From Octopus vulgaris (Eukaryota): a stretch of DNA of 64,000 nucleotides. The translations under genes were made by a program, and so were the position numbers. The stretch lies in assembly GCA_951406725.2 (NCBI GenBank), contig OX597832.1, forward strand, positions 6,510,001 through 6,574,000, given 5' to 3'. This document shows, in pieces, positions 40,052 to 53,190 of this stretch. Position 1 is the first letter of the stretch; the number at the start of each line of letters is the position of its first letter. The notes beneath the pieces are model-generated. The model ran no database searches and was not told where the DNA came from. It worked only from the letters and a program-made list of their open reading frames with translations.

Positions 40052-40428
40052 GCTTTTATCTTTTGTTTGAGTCCGACTGTGGCCATGGTGGAGCACTGCC
40101 TTGGAGAATTTTAGGTCAAACAAATCAAGCTTGGTACTTATTCTATCAGTCTTGTTTTGCTGAGCCACTAAGTTACGGGGATATAAACACATCAGTGCTA
40201 GTTGTCAAGCAGTGGTGTTGGGGACACACACACACAGACACAGATAGATAAATAGATAGAAAGACAACTGGCTTCTTTCAGTTTCTGTCTACCAAATCCA
40301 CTCAAGGCCTTGGATGACCTGAGGCTATAGAAAAAGACATGTACCCAAAGTACCATACAGTGGGACTGATCCTAGAATCATGTGGTCAGGAAGCAAACTT
40401 CTTATCACCACACAGCCATGTCTGCACT
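40052..40428 (-). mobile_element. SINE family A (diverged)
   Basis: Colinear with 876-1268. Confidence 0.75.
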
Positions 40429-41187
40429 CTATTTATATTTGTGTGTGTGGGGGTGGGGGGCTATGCATGCATGTGCTTAGGGTGTTCTGCAATTACATTC
40501 TGGACCATGGTTTATTTTTGTTTGACTGATCTTCAATACACTGTATACACCCTATCTTTGATAAGAAATGACATAATGATGTACTAGTTGTAAATTACGA
40601 ACTGTGTCTTTAACCATAATTTAAATTGTATCGGGGCCTGTACACTTCCAACACAAATTTGACTTACCTCTACTGTAATGGAGAGGATCAGTTTTATTTT
40701 TGTTGAAGCAACTGCTTTTGTTGTTGAATATTTTTTTTATTGCTAACCATTCAAACATGAAGTAGTAGTAGTAATTGGTCCATTAGGTAAACTACTCAAA
40801 GTAGAGTTATGAATCCTCCTCAAGGCAACACATTAATTGTTATAAGATTTGAACTTATGACCATACATCAATAGTCAGCACTTAACCTCCTACTCAAATG
40901 TGTGTGTATGTGTGTGTGGAAATGAACAACATTGCTTGTATGATGGTGATTCATGTGTACAACCATCATGTATCAGTACAAGTGCACACACACACTGAAT
41001 CTTCTTCCTACAAACCCACTCACAAGGCTTTGGTTGGCCTGAGGCTGTAGTAGAAGATACTTGCCTCACGGTGAGATCGAACCCAAGACCACATGGTTTG
41101 GAAGAAAGCTTCTTAACCACACGCACACACACACATGTACTTGTATATAAATACACACATACATATGCACATACATATATTGTTAAC

Positions 41188-41642
41188 ATCATAAGAATTT
41201 AGGAACTTTGAGGGAATGTAAAATAATTCCTTTTTGGAATGGTGAAACTCAAAGCAGATAAAGCTATAAGTAACAGCCTGTAAATATTGGGTTAAAAAAC
41301 TTTCTGGATAGAAGTTGAAGGCTAGCCACATCCTTTATGAACATGACAGATATTCTACCATTGTACCGAAGCAGTCTTTTGAATTTCTCTAGCTATTTTA
41401 GAAACTTTATTCTTAGCAAGAATTGTATAGTGCTGATGCCATAAGAATTTAGAAACTTCAAGAGAACATGAAATAATTCTTATTGAGAATGGTGAAACTC
41501 AAAGCAGACAAAACTATAAATAATAGCTTGTAAATATTCGGTTAAAAACTCCTTTTGGATGAAAAATGTTGAAGGTTGTCCATGGGATTTGAAACCATAT
41601 CTCCTGTAAACAGGACAGACACTCTACCATTGGAACCATATT
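41188..41642 (-). repeat. Tandem dimer (about 250 bp period) of a tRNA-like-headed unit
   Basis: CATAAGAATTTAG.AACTT...GAATGGTGAAACTCAAAGCAGA at 41189 and 41440. The minus strand of 41575-41640 has A-box-like and B-box-like motifs. Confidence 0.65.
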
Positions 41643-42563
41643 TATTTTTAGCTTTTAATCTGGAGAGAAGTCACTATGCATAACCCATTATAGGTCATCT
41701 GAGCCTGATAAAAAGATATCTTCAAACTATAAAAGTGGCCTGAATGTTTTGAGCAGGTGAGGTCTGCTGAAGGCATACAAGGTGCTGGGTGGATTAAGTC
41801 TACCACTCAGGTAGACCATGGCAAGATTTGAACTCAGAACACAAAGAGTTGGAACAAACAGTGCAAAGCATCTGGTTTGACATTCTCTGTTCCACCATTC
41901 TGCCACCTTGGATTGGTTATTTTTCATCGATCTTGAAAGGAGGAAAATTAAAGATGAACTCAAAAGTTCATGCTGAGCAAGACATGGAAAACTATCAGGT
42001 GATTTCCTAGCTCTTCTGATTTGAATGCATTGGATTGCTGCAGCTGATCCATGGTCAATGACTTGACCATGCAAAGGTTGTGCTGGATTACACATCACCA
42101 TTAGTAGTGAGCAATCTGGCATAAGTATAAGTGTGTGTGTATTTATTTATTTATGTTACATCTCCCCTTCCTCAGTTGAGGGGTTTTGCATTGCATCTAA
42201 CTTGGAGACCTCACTACTGCCAGTACCATGTAAAAAGCACTCAGTACTTTCTGTGACATAAGTGGTTGGCATTTGTAAGTGCATTCACCCATAGAAATCA
42301 TGTCAAAGATGACATTTTAGCTTAGCACAATCCACTGGCTCATCAGCTCCTGTCAAACTACCCAACCTATGCCAATATGTAAAATGGATGTTAAACAATG
42401 GTGGCGGTGAAGAGGAACATATGCATGTACACACTCATAGATTTAAACATCCCTGCTCCCAAAGAAAGGATATGGAAACAGGAAAGAAGCCCATGTGTTT
42501 TTTTTTTGTTTGTTTGTTATTGTTAACTGCATGGCAACTGATCATTTTATTGTTTCCCTGTTT

Positions 42564-42599
<36 letters not shown>

Positions 42600-44569
42600 G
42601 ATATTGTACACCATTTACAGTAGCATTTACTTTTTTTTACTTCCTTCATATTAGCTAATCATATTCATTTTAACCGCTAAATTAACCTCTGATTCTTGCC
42701 AGGCCAATAATTAGATGAATTTTATCAAGGTCAGTATAACATTGTTTTCCAGGGTGATTGACAAAATCTTAGATAAATCAAAAATATTGCTCATATATTT
42801 GGTGCAGTTTCATTTTCATATTTCCAATAAAATACAATACTTTAATTAATTTTGAAAATAATCAAGAACTTGGATGGATTTAATAAACAGCTTATTTTTC
42901 TTCATTATTAACTTGATATTTAGAACATAGGTTAAGAAAATGTTCCTTCATAAAACTATAATGGAATGTTCTAATTTGAATATAGGCTTTTTAAACAAGA
43001 GGTTTTGTATCATCAAATTAGGTTGGTATCAAAACAGTCTGAAAAGAAACCAATTACTTAGGGTTTCCTAAGAGAATCTAACAAACACTATCACTTCCAA
43101 AACTTCTAATTTTAAAATGAATAGCATTTATGCTGACATTTCGAAAGTACCATTTAATATATCAGATGAACTTAAGCTGTACATAGAAATCTAAATAACT
43201 TCTAACCAACTTACTTTGTATATGATTTTTATGATGTGAACAATTAACATAAAATACCTTAGTAAAGTAAGCAAACACAGTCAGCTCAGTATGATGATTT
43301 TACTTCATTCAGGCCATAACCATATCAATGAGAGGTAAACATTGTGGAAGAATGCTTATTACGTCTGTTTTAGAAAGAGATGGTTGATATTCCTTTTTAA
43401 TTAGTTTTATATTATTCATAAATTGCAACAAATAATTTGTTGGTGAGAAATAATAATTTAACAGCTAGCATCTGTTCTGAACTTGATTATGGTTTAGATC
43501 TCAGTAAATGTGTCATTTGTTTTATTCATTCATAATTTTGATAAAAAAATTCACAATGATTAAATTGTTTTTCATTCATTCATTTGTTTGTTTTAAGTCC
43601 TTTTTTCCCAAGCTAGTATGAGTTCAACAAATATGTTATTAAGGCATAGTTTTAGCCAGATACTTGAGACCAAATGGCAGCAAGAAACATCTGGTCATAG
43701 AAAATCTGCCATCTTAAACTTTGTCCAACCCACGCAAGCATGGAAAAGTGAACATTAAAATCAATGATAATGATGCCCCTGCTGCTGTTAACACTTTTGT
43801 GTGTATGGGATCTTACATCCCATACAGCTTCGACATGTATTTAAGCAGCCTAACTTATATTTCCCTAATAGAACTTTGTTTTCCACAACCTTTCTATGAT
43901 TAATTATTATTTCACAATGATATATAAAGTAACTGCTCTTTCCCTTTGCCAGTTCTTGGTTGATTTCTATATTACCCACACATGCTATCAACAACTGCTA
44001 TTTATTGTGGGTTTAACGAGTAAATGTGTTTAATTCAAAAGTGCTTGGTGAAGTAAATACTTACTTAGCTTGTAATTGTTCTGTAAGGTAACTTATGGTA
44101 AATATTTCATATTGTCTTTGTGTGGTATATTTGTCAAACAGGAGGTTGAATTGGCATAAATATAGTGTCATAGCTCTTACTACCACTGCACTCTCAGTGA
44201 TTAAATCTCATTAAGATGAACTAAGGTTTTACTACCAAGTTTTATGTACATCTCTCTATTTCATGCCAATGTGTAGTCACCAAGGTTAGTAAAATTGCTA
44301 CTTGGAGTTTCACTAATGATGTCATCAGTGTTGGAGATAAAATCAAGGAAAGGGTACTTTCTCTTTGTGTAATGTAATTTCTATTATAGTATCTCTCTCT
44401 GTCTATGCATGACCCTGTGTGTTTGTGTGAGAGAGAGAGAGAGAAAAAGAACTGAATTTTTCTCAAACTGAACTTCTGTTAACTTTATCAGAACAATACT
44501 TTCAGGCAGAGAATGTCTGAAAATCCTTAATCTTTTTATTACTATCTTTCTGATGTAATACCCTGCTTT

Positions 44570-44742
44570 CATTTCAATTATTTTTGAAAATTATGAAAAA
44601 TTTAGTAAAATAACTGGTACTTAGAACATAAATTAGCAGGAGTTTTTCGTGGAAGGTTTCCATTTAGATAATTTTAAAACAGGAAATTTGTATCATATAG
44701 AACCAGGGCACTCTTAAGCAGGTGGATACCAAAAGGATTAAC
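44570..44742. mobile_element. Non-autonomous DNA transposon end, possibly piggyBac-like (TTAA)
   Basis: Shared block TTCAATTA.TTTTGAAAA...TTTTAAAACAGGAA.TTTGTATCAT also at 19610-19720 and 42840-43040; this copy ends GGATACCAAAAGGATTAA. Confidence 0.45.
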
Positions 44743-45927
44743 CAGCCTCTAAACTATTTTCCAACTCATAAGTTATATTTTGAAGAAATGTAACAGCTAA
44801 GTGGATACTGGCTCCTGGGTCCTTGAGATTGTAAACTTGCTTTTAGTGTGTGTTAGTTTTTATCTTTTATTAAATTAGTATTGATTTTATGTGTAGTCAA
44901 CTTCTAAATGATTGTTTATATCATTTTTATATGTACATGAGTTCTTACAGGAAGATATGGCCTCAGATTTGATCAAAGATGAAGAAAATGTTGAGATATT
45001 CATATTTGTTTCAAAAAGATTAGCTATATAAATAAAGTCAACTGACTTTATCTATATATACAGCTGTGTTGTCAACTTGATTTATCATTTCATTGCCAAG
45101 TTGAAAATCTGAAGTGTTCTCACATTCAGAGAGGATGAATGAATTTCAATCTGTCTTTAAGAAAGTTCGTATGTCCACTTTCTCAACTTTGCTTGTTTTG
45201 TATGTAGCTATCATCATCATCTCCATTACCACTAAAGTGTTGAGTATTTATGTTTTAGTGGTCTATCTCTCTTTCTACTTCTCATTAAAAGTTTTGCTGT
45301 CTTGAGTCTTCTGAGATTTTTCATTCCAGCTTGCTTTCTATTTCTTTTTCTTTCTTGCTATCATGCACTCTCTCTTTTTCTCTCCCCCCCCCTCTCTCTC
45401 TCTCTCACACACACGCATTAAATTAAAGGATTTTATTTAAAGTGGGAAATCAAATTTTGTGGATATGATTTCAAATTACAATCATTATCAAATGTAGACT
45501 TTTATGCTACACTTTGCTATACATTGTTTCAGTTACTAATGCCATGAAGTCAGAGCACTTGCCATATGTACAAATTTTGATCTTGTTAACAAATGAAATT
45601 CGCTCCAATCAAATTGACTCTATTGCATCTATAAAGTGTCTATAGAAACTTGCAGAGAGAGAGAAAGAGTTCTTCACTATAGTGTGTGTGTATATACGTG
45701 TGAATATTTACAAGGAAAACATTCACAATGACTTGAAAGTTTCAGCTTGCTAGCCATCATCAAAGAGTTTGAATGTGTGTGCAAGCTAAAACATGGAGGT
45801 CAGTCAACTTACCCTTGTAAACTGCTCTATTAAAAAACTATTGAGTAATCCTTCAGCTTCATCTTAAATTGTATTTAAATCTAACCTGACACAAAAACAA
45901 TCATTAATAAATATCTGTCTGTATATA

Positions 45928-46852
45928 TCATCATCATCATCGTCATTTAACATCCGCTTTCCATGCTGGCATGGGTTGGACAGTTTGACTTAGGACTGGT
46001 GAGCCAGAAGGCTGCACCAGGATCAATCTGATCTGGCAAAGTTTCTACAGCTGGGTGCCTTTCCTAACATCAATCACTCCAAAAGTGTAGTGGGTACTTT
46101 TAAGTTCCACTGGCACGAGGGCCAGTCAGGCAGTTCTGGCAGTGACCACGCTCAAAAGGTGTTTTTTATGTGCTACCTGCATGTGAGCCAGTCTGGCAGC
46201 ACTGGCAATGACCATGCTCGAATGTTGTTTTTAACATGCTACCAGCACATGTGCCAGTAAGGTGATGCTGGCAACGATCACACTTGAATGGTGCTTTTTA
46301 CATGCCACCGGCATGGGAGCCAATCCGTAGCCCTGGCAACGCTCATGCTCAGATGTGCTTTTAATGTTCCACTGGCACAAGTGCCAATCAGGCAGTACTG
46401 TCATTGGCCACATCAGCAATTTTGATTTGATTTCACTTGCCTCAATAGGTCTTCGCAAGCAAAGTTTATTGTCCAATGAATGAGGGGTACTCATAAGTGG
46501 GCTGGTTACACCCACTGGCATAGGCCACGAGCTATGTCTCATTTGGTTGGTCAGCTCTTCTCAAGCACAGCATATCTCCAAAGGTCTTGGTTACTAGTCA
46601 TTGCCTCGGTAAGGCCCAATGTTCAAAGGTCATGCTTTCTCCACCTCATCCCAAGTCTCCATGGGTCTACCTCTTCCACTGGTTCCCTCAACTACTAGTT
46701 GTGACACTTTCTCACACAGCTGTCCTCATTCGTTCACAACACATGAGCATACCAGTGCAGTCATCTCTCTTGCACACCACATTGGATGCTTCTTAAATCC
46801 AACTTTTCTTTGAGGGCACTTACACTCTGTCGAGTATTCACACTGACATTAC
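45928..46852 (-). mobile_element. 5'-truncated RTE LINE: ORF C-terminus plus 3' UTR array and (ATG)n tail
   Basis: Minus strand 46852-46545: ALKEKLDLRSIQCGVQER*LHWYAHVL..EDSCVRKC..VVEGTSGRGRPMETWDEV...GLTEAMTSNQDLWRYAVLEK, the RTE RLRW.GHV.R...GRPR..W..DR..WR motifs. Confidence 0.88.
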
Positions 46853-47182
46853 CTCATTACAGTGTTTCCATGGCAAGGATCTATTAGTAGCCCTTATTTT
46901 AATACTGTGTACATTAAATGGTGTGTGTGTGTGAGTGTGTAAGAGAGAGAGATAGACTGTCTATGCGTGTGTCCCTTTCTCTTTACACCACAGGATAGCT
47001 GTAAAATGATTGTCTCTGTCATATAAGCAATTCATTTCCAGTATTCTGTGAAAACATGTCTAGCCATGGGGACATGTTACCTTGCAGGTGCAGGTTGGCA
47101 ACAGGAAGAGCATCTGGCCATAGAAAATCTGCCTCAGTGAATTCCATCAAACTCATACAAACATGAAAAAGTAAACAATTTA

Positions 47183-47390
47183 TACTTTTAACTTTTACTT
47201 GTTTCAGTCGTTTGACTGTGGTGGAGCAAATCGACCCAAGGACTTATTCTTTGTAAGCCTAGTACTTATTCTATCGCTCTCTTTTTCTCTTTTGCCAAAC
47301 CGCTAAGTTATGGGATGTAAATGCGCCAGCATCGGTTGTCAAACAATGTTGGGGGGGGGGACAAACATATATACACACATTCATTCATAC

Positions 47391-47440
<50 letters not shown>

Positions 47441-47598
47441 CGGGCTTCTTTCAGTTTCCATTTACCAAATCCACTCACAAAGCTTTGGTTGGCCCAAGGC
47501 TGTAGTAGAAGACACCTGCCCAAGGTGCTACACAGTGGGACTAAACCTGGGACCATGTGGCTGGTAAGCAAGGTACTTACCACACAGTCACTCCAGCG
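47183..47598 (-). mobile_element. SINE family A
   Basis: Colinear with 876-1268, with a small internal deletion. Confidence 0.85.
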
Positions 47599-47731
47599 TA
47601 TATATATATATATATATATTTATATAATTGAAAAAATATATAGAAATGAACAATTGCAGTGTGGAAGGTGTTTGTAAGCCATTTAAGAAACACACAAAAG
47701 CCGTTCGATTCACTTCAACATTTAAGTTTAA

Positions 47732-47781
47732 TTTGTCAAAATATTTTCGTTGCTAAAATCCGCGACCTGTTCACTGACAAA
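47732..47781 (-). ncRNA. Minimal type I hammerhead-like motif with a G3-C8 core variant
   Basis: Minus strand UUUGUCA-GUGAACA-G-GUCGC-ggauuuua-GCAAC-GAA-A-AUAU-U-U-UGACAAA: perfect 7-bp stem I, stem II with 4 of 5 pairs, palindromic stem III region. Confidence 0.55.
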
Positions 47782-47990
47782 AATCCGTATATATAGAAAT
47801 GGCTTTTCTGGTAATTTTTCTGCTTTAATAATTGGATGTTTATAAAAGGTGACTCTGGTCAGGGTTTCTCACTTAAAAGTGGTCTTCAAATTGATAATTT
47901 AGAGTTTATTATCTACTTAATTAGTGTTTCATTACAAGCATGCACGTTTATATATATATATGTATGTGTATATATATATGTATATATATA

Positions 47991-48021
<31 letters not shown>

Positions 48022-48028
48022 GTATATA

Positions 48029-48850
48029 CTAGCTGACATACCTGGTAATTCCCGGGGAAAGCACAGCTTATCCCTTGGTTCCATTCTCATAATTGTTTCG
48101 CTAACCCAATAACAACAATGCAAAGTACGTAGCCCTTAAAATGGTTTTTGTGCATTTACAGGGAATACCGACCTGTCTTACACAGGATCTTGTTTTTAGG
48201 AATTCCCAATAAGTTATGTATACCCAAATTGTGAAGTCGGTTATGTGATAACATGAAATTAGTCACCCGATAATAAGAATTCAAATAAAGTACCCCTGAA
48301 AAGGGCTTTAATGCATTCCCAGAGTATATAGAACTTAGAAGGAAACACTAATAAGGTATGTATACAAAAATCATGAAGCATGTTACATAATAACAGGCTA
48401 ATCACATGAGATAATAACTCTGAAAAAGGCTTTTGTGCATTCACAAAATATTACCCTCAGAAGCACGAGTGTTGGTATATTCGTGAATAAGTCACTAACC
48501 GAAATAAGTGGATCTATTGTTTAGGAAAATACTATTTACTTCTTTAAGAGTTGTACTGGATAATTTGTGTAAATATACCGTTCCCAGAGTATATAGAACT
48601 TAGGAGGAAATACTAACAAGATATGTATACTAAAATCACGAAGCATGTTATGTAATAACAGGCTATTCACATATGAGATAATAGCAATTCAAAGTAAATA
48701 ACTGTAGGTGGTGTGGAAGTTTGTTTTCATTTTTTAGTAATTTTATGCATTCAAAGTATGAATTCATTGTATTGGAAGACACTTGTTAAATAAGTTCTGG
48801 AATCAAAAATTTATCTACTATCATCGAAAAATTTTAACTGGAAAAATGCC
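48029..48850 (-). mobile_element. Non-autonomous Helitron-like element (3' end at 48029)
   Basis: Minus strand hairpin CCCGG-ggaatta-CCAGG lies 8 nt before the terminal CTAG|T. Internal ~105-bp direct repeat (48316-48420 and 48581-48685). The 5' boundary is uncertain. Confidence 0.55.
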
Positions 48851-48859
48851 ATTTTGCTA

Positions 48860-49490
48860 CACTGTTATTACTGAGAGCCTCCTCTAATATATGGCACTTG
48901 GTGAAGAATGGAGTTTGATGTTGCTACCCTCATTTACACCTCTTGCTGTGAAGTAGGTTCATCTGGGACTCTCGACAGGAAGAAGTCCAGTTTTGATTTC
49001 AAAACACATACATCCACTTTGTGTAGGTCCCTCAGGCTCTTTGGAAAATATTACAAAGCTGTGGGCTCCTGAAACCCAGGCTGTTGCAGTAACTGGTCCT
49101 GAAGCATGATGGCATTGCTGGGATCTTTGGCACTCTGCAGTGTCGACCCGTTCTGGCATTGGTGTAGTTTTCAATGCCAGAATTTGGCACAATTCCTTCC
49201 AGGATCTTCCAGTTGTATATTACTGCATACCTCTCCTGCCTTTGCTCCAGGGAGTAGAGTCTTAGCTGTTTCACCCTTTCCCAGTAGCTGAGCTGTTGCA
49301 ATGAGATGATCTTCTTTGTGAAGCTTCGCTGGATAGCTTCAAGGTCAGCTGTTGGGTGACCGTAGCTGGACCATCATAGTTTCCTTTTCTCTGGTTCTGA
49401 ATGTTCTCAGGATCTATCCAGCCAGTCGTCTGCACTTTGTTGCCATGCTGGTAATGTGCACTTGGAAAGAGATATCATCACATGTCAATA
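48860..49490 (-). pseudogene. CR1-group LINE ORF2 C-terminal remnant
   Basis: [27 protein letters not shown]...LEAIQRSFTKKI..LSYWERVKQLRLYSLEQRQERYAVIYNWKILEGIVPN. Confidence 0.85.
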
Positions 49491-49508
49491 CCCAGGTATA
49501 TGTATATA

Positions 49509-49608
<100 letters not shown>

Positions 49609-50485
49609 ATGTATATGTGTATATATATGTGTATATATGTGTGTGTATATGTATATATATATATGTATATATATATATGTGTATATATATGTATATATAT
49701 ATGTGTATATATATATATATATGTATGTATACATATATCTGTGTATATATGTGTGTGTGTATATGTTTTGTCTTTTACTTGTTCTAGTCAGTGTTTTGCA
49801 CTTCATCAGCAACTGGTATCTGTCAATATTGCATGCTGACCATATCCTTTTTCCACCAATGTGGAGAGAAACAGCAACTAGTCACCCATTGCCATTGCTA
49901 ACAGCCAACAGGTCAATTGAAAATTAGATATTTATAATGGAGGCTTCTTCAAGTTTCTTTGTACCAAATACACTGAAAAGGCTTTGGCTAGCCTAAAACT
50001 ATAGCTGAAGATACATGCCCCAAATGGCATGCAGTGGGACTGAACTAGGAACCATATGTTTAGGAAGCAAGTTTCTTACCACCCAGCCATGTGTGTGTGT
50101 ATATATATGTGTATGTATGTATATATATGCATATATGTGTGCATATGTGTTTATATGCATGTATATATACATATGCATAGGTGTGTGTCTGTGTGTGTAG
50201 TTATATATATGTGTATATTTATATGTGTGCGTATATGCACATATATGAGTGAAATTAAATAAATGACAAGGGAACAGGGATTATGTAATCAACTTCATGA
50301 TCTTCGTTATAGCCTCCATTTCAGAAGCTCTGAGGAAGCTATAAGTTGATGCAGAATCACTCAGCTCTGAACAGCTAATGATGTTGATTGCATATTTTTA
50401 AAGACAAGGTAAAAAAAAAAATGAATATATTATGTTTACACTCAGAAAAAAATAGAAGTAAATGTCTTTTAAGTTTCAAGCATAA

Positions 50486-50547
<62 letters not shown>

Positions 50548-51277
50548 CATGGATATGTATGTGCATGTTTGTGTGTGTATTTATGCATATATATGTATGT
50601 GTGTGTGTATATATAAATTTATGTGTGTGTATATATTTATATAAATTATACAGATATCAATATGCACGTGTGTGTGTGTGTGTGTATATATGTATTTATA
50701 CATAGATATCTATGTGTGTTCATGTACATGAGTGCATACACATATACACACACATATACATCTGTACATATGTGTATATATATGCATTTATGTGTAGATA
50801 AGCCATTGTTAGCTTGCTGACATATAGTTCTTATTTTCAATGTAGCTGATAGGGTAATGCTTAGTGATAGAACAAGAGCAAAATTTTGTATAAAAATTAA
50901 CTGTTCAGTGTATGTCAGTGCTTGCAACTGGTTCAATGGAACCCAACTCTTCTTGCTACACAGTTGCCACTGCTGCTTTTCACAGTGACTCATGCTCTTA
51001 ATCATTAATCTATACTAGGGTAAGGTATAAACAAAAAAAAAGAAATAAAAAAAAGAAAAGCAATGACATAGCATTAAACAGAAGAAAAAAAGGCTGTTAC
51101 TATTGCTGCTGCTACTGATGCCTGTTATTCATTTGGAGGGATAGTGATAGTGAAGGGTGTGATACAGCTGGTAGTTGTGAAACCACCCCTATAAAATGTT
51201 GTGATGAAGATTGCCAAGCACTCTTGTTTCACCACACATGCTTTAATATAAAACTCAAATTCAGCATTCATATATCT

Positions 51278-51505
51278 ATGGCAACTGAAGAAGGGGAATT
51301 TTCCTTGTTTGTATATCCTGTACTCTATTTTTTCGTTGTTTAAGAAAAATGTCCAGTTCCTTGGTTTTGTGTTTATGTTTTCGTTTCTCATTGTGTTTGA
51401 CGTTTTTGTGGTGTCCTGTACCCATATATGCATGTATATATACATGTAGATGTAGGTACATACATATATGTATGTATATATGCATATGTTTTATTTATTA
51501 ATTTG
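51278..51505 (+). mobile_element. Relative of the 1772-2047 terminus
   Basis: CTGAAGAAGGGGAATTTTCCTTG...TTTGTGGTGTCCTGTAC...ATGTAGGTACATACATATATG...TTTTATTTATTA. Confidence 0.7.
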
Positions 51506-51506
51506 G

Positions 51507-51544
<38 letters not shown>

Positions 51545-51546
<2 letters not shown>

Positions 51547-51704
51547 GAGGCATGGCTGTGTGGTAAGAAACCTGCTTCCCAGCCACATGGTTCCAGGTTC
51601 AGTCCCACTTTGTGGCACGTTGGGCAACTGTCTTCTTTGATAGATTTGGGATGACCAAATCCATGTGAGTGGATTTCGTAAACAGAAACTGAAAGAAGCC
51701 CACC

Positions 51705-51705
<1 letters not shown>
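51545..51705 (+). mobile_element. SINE A/B shared 5' half
   Basis: TGGCTGTGTGGTAAG...GGTTCAGTCCCACT...GAAACTGAAAGAAGCCC, then (TA)n. Confidence 0.8.
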
Positions 51706-51778
<73 letters not shown>

Positions 51779-52100
51779 TATGTCTATAAATATATGTGAC
51801 AATTAGTTGATTGTCATAATAAAACTCAGTTTCAGATGCCAATGCTGAAGACAAAACTGCTATATATGTATGTATATATAGCATTTTTGTCTTAATAACT
51901 AATGAGATGCCGGAGCAGGCTTCAGCCCCAGGATCTGAATATCTGAGTTTTATTATGACAACCAAACTAATTGTCACATATTATATTAATAGGTAATTCC
52001 TCTATTTTACATAATATCGAGGTCTCATTCATTCTTTTGTTATCATATTATTATTATTGATATATATATATATATATGTATGTATATGTATATACATATA

Positions 52101-52213
52101 CGACACGGGAATGGCCATAGCCAATCTGAAAAAGCGACCCAGGATAGAACTTGCTGGAGAACACTGATCCATCGAGTAACCGAGAGTCGACTTTGATTGA
52201 GCGGATAGATAGA
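52101..52213 (+). mobile_element. RTE (BovB-like) extreme 3' end
   Basis: [34 protein letters not shown], resembling the BovB-type terminus DREAWRAAVHGVAKSRTRLSD*; short (GATA)n tail. Confidence 0.7.
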
Positions 52214-52601
52214 TATATTTATATGTATACATATGTATATATTTATATGTATATATATGTATATATTTATATGTATAGATATGTATATGTGTATATATGT
52301 ATATGTGTGTATATATGTATGTATATGTGTGTATATATGTATGTATATGTGTGTATATATGTATGTATATGTGTGTATATATGTATGTATATGTGTGTAT
52401 ATATGTATGTATATGTGTGTATATATGTATGTATATGTGTGTATATATGTATGTATATGTGTGTATATATGTATGTATATAGGTGTATATATATGTATGT
52501 ATATAGGTGTATATATATGTCTGCATGTATATGTATATATATATATGTATGTATATGTGTATATATATGTATGTATATAGGTGTATATATATGTCTGCAT
52601 G

Positions 52602-52632
<31 letters not shown>

Positions 52633-52679
52633 GTGTATATATATGTATATCTGTGTATTATATATAGATGTATATATGT

Positions 52680-53190
52680 ATTTAAGGATGGCATAAAGAC
52701 TACTATGAAGTCACTTGGAATGGATCTACATGTCAGATACCTTTGCTTTGGATTGAGTTGGATGGCAAGCAAAAGTGTGGGGTGGGGTGAAAGCATTTAA
52801 AGAGGCCAGGATAATGCATGTAAGACTCAAAAGCGATCTAAGGAAGAATGTAATGATCAAGAAGGTGAATGACAATGACCTTTTTGTGTGCACATTTGTG
52901 ACACACCATATCTGTCTTTTACTGGGCTCAAATCCCATCTGTGAACACATGCAAAACGAACCTTCACCAGCTATTCAGCCTATATGTCAGTGCACACCTT
53001 TGAATGCGTGTATGCCAGAAGGTTTGCAAATCCAACGGAGGCCTCACAAGACATTTTAAGATCCACAAAGATCAGAACTTATCTGCAGCTCTTGATGGTC
53101 CAAATCGGATGTGCAATCTATGTAGGTGTTTTCAGAACATTGTTTGGTTTAAAAAGCCACATCAGATGCCATAATGGTGTTGAGGTGTAG
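52680..53190 (+). pseudogene. RTE-clade LINE ORF C-terminus with C2H2-like motifs
   Basis: FKDGIKTTMKSLGMDL...GVKAFKEARIMHVRLK..., then C..C...GLKSHL and C..C...GLKSHIRCH remnants across frameshifts. Confidence 0.6.

Noticed and set aside
43313-43334. 22-nt microexon (TTCATTCAG|...GAG|GTAAAC)
   Set aside because: Splice-like sites of this quality arise by chance in 64 kb; no other support.
45130-45168. 39-nt exon RMNEFQSVFKKV
   Set aside because: Modest splice sites and no recognisable homology; it cannot be supported from sequence alone.
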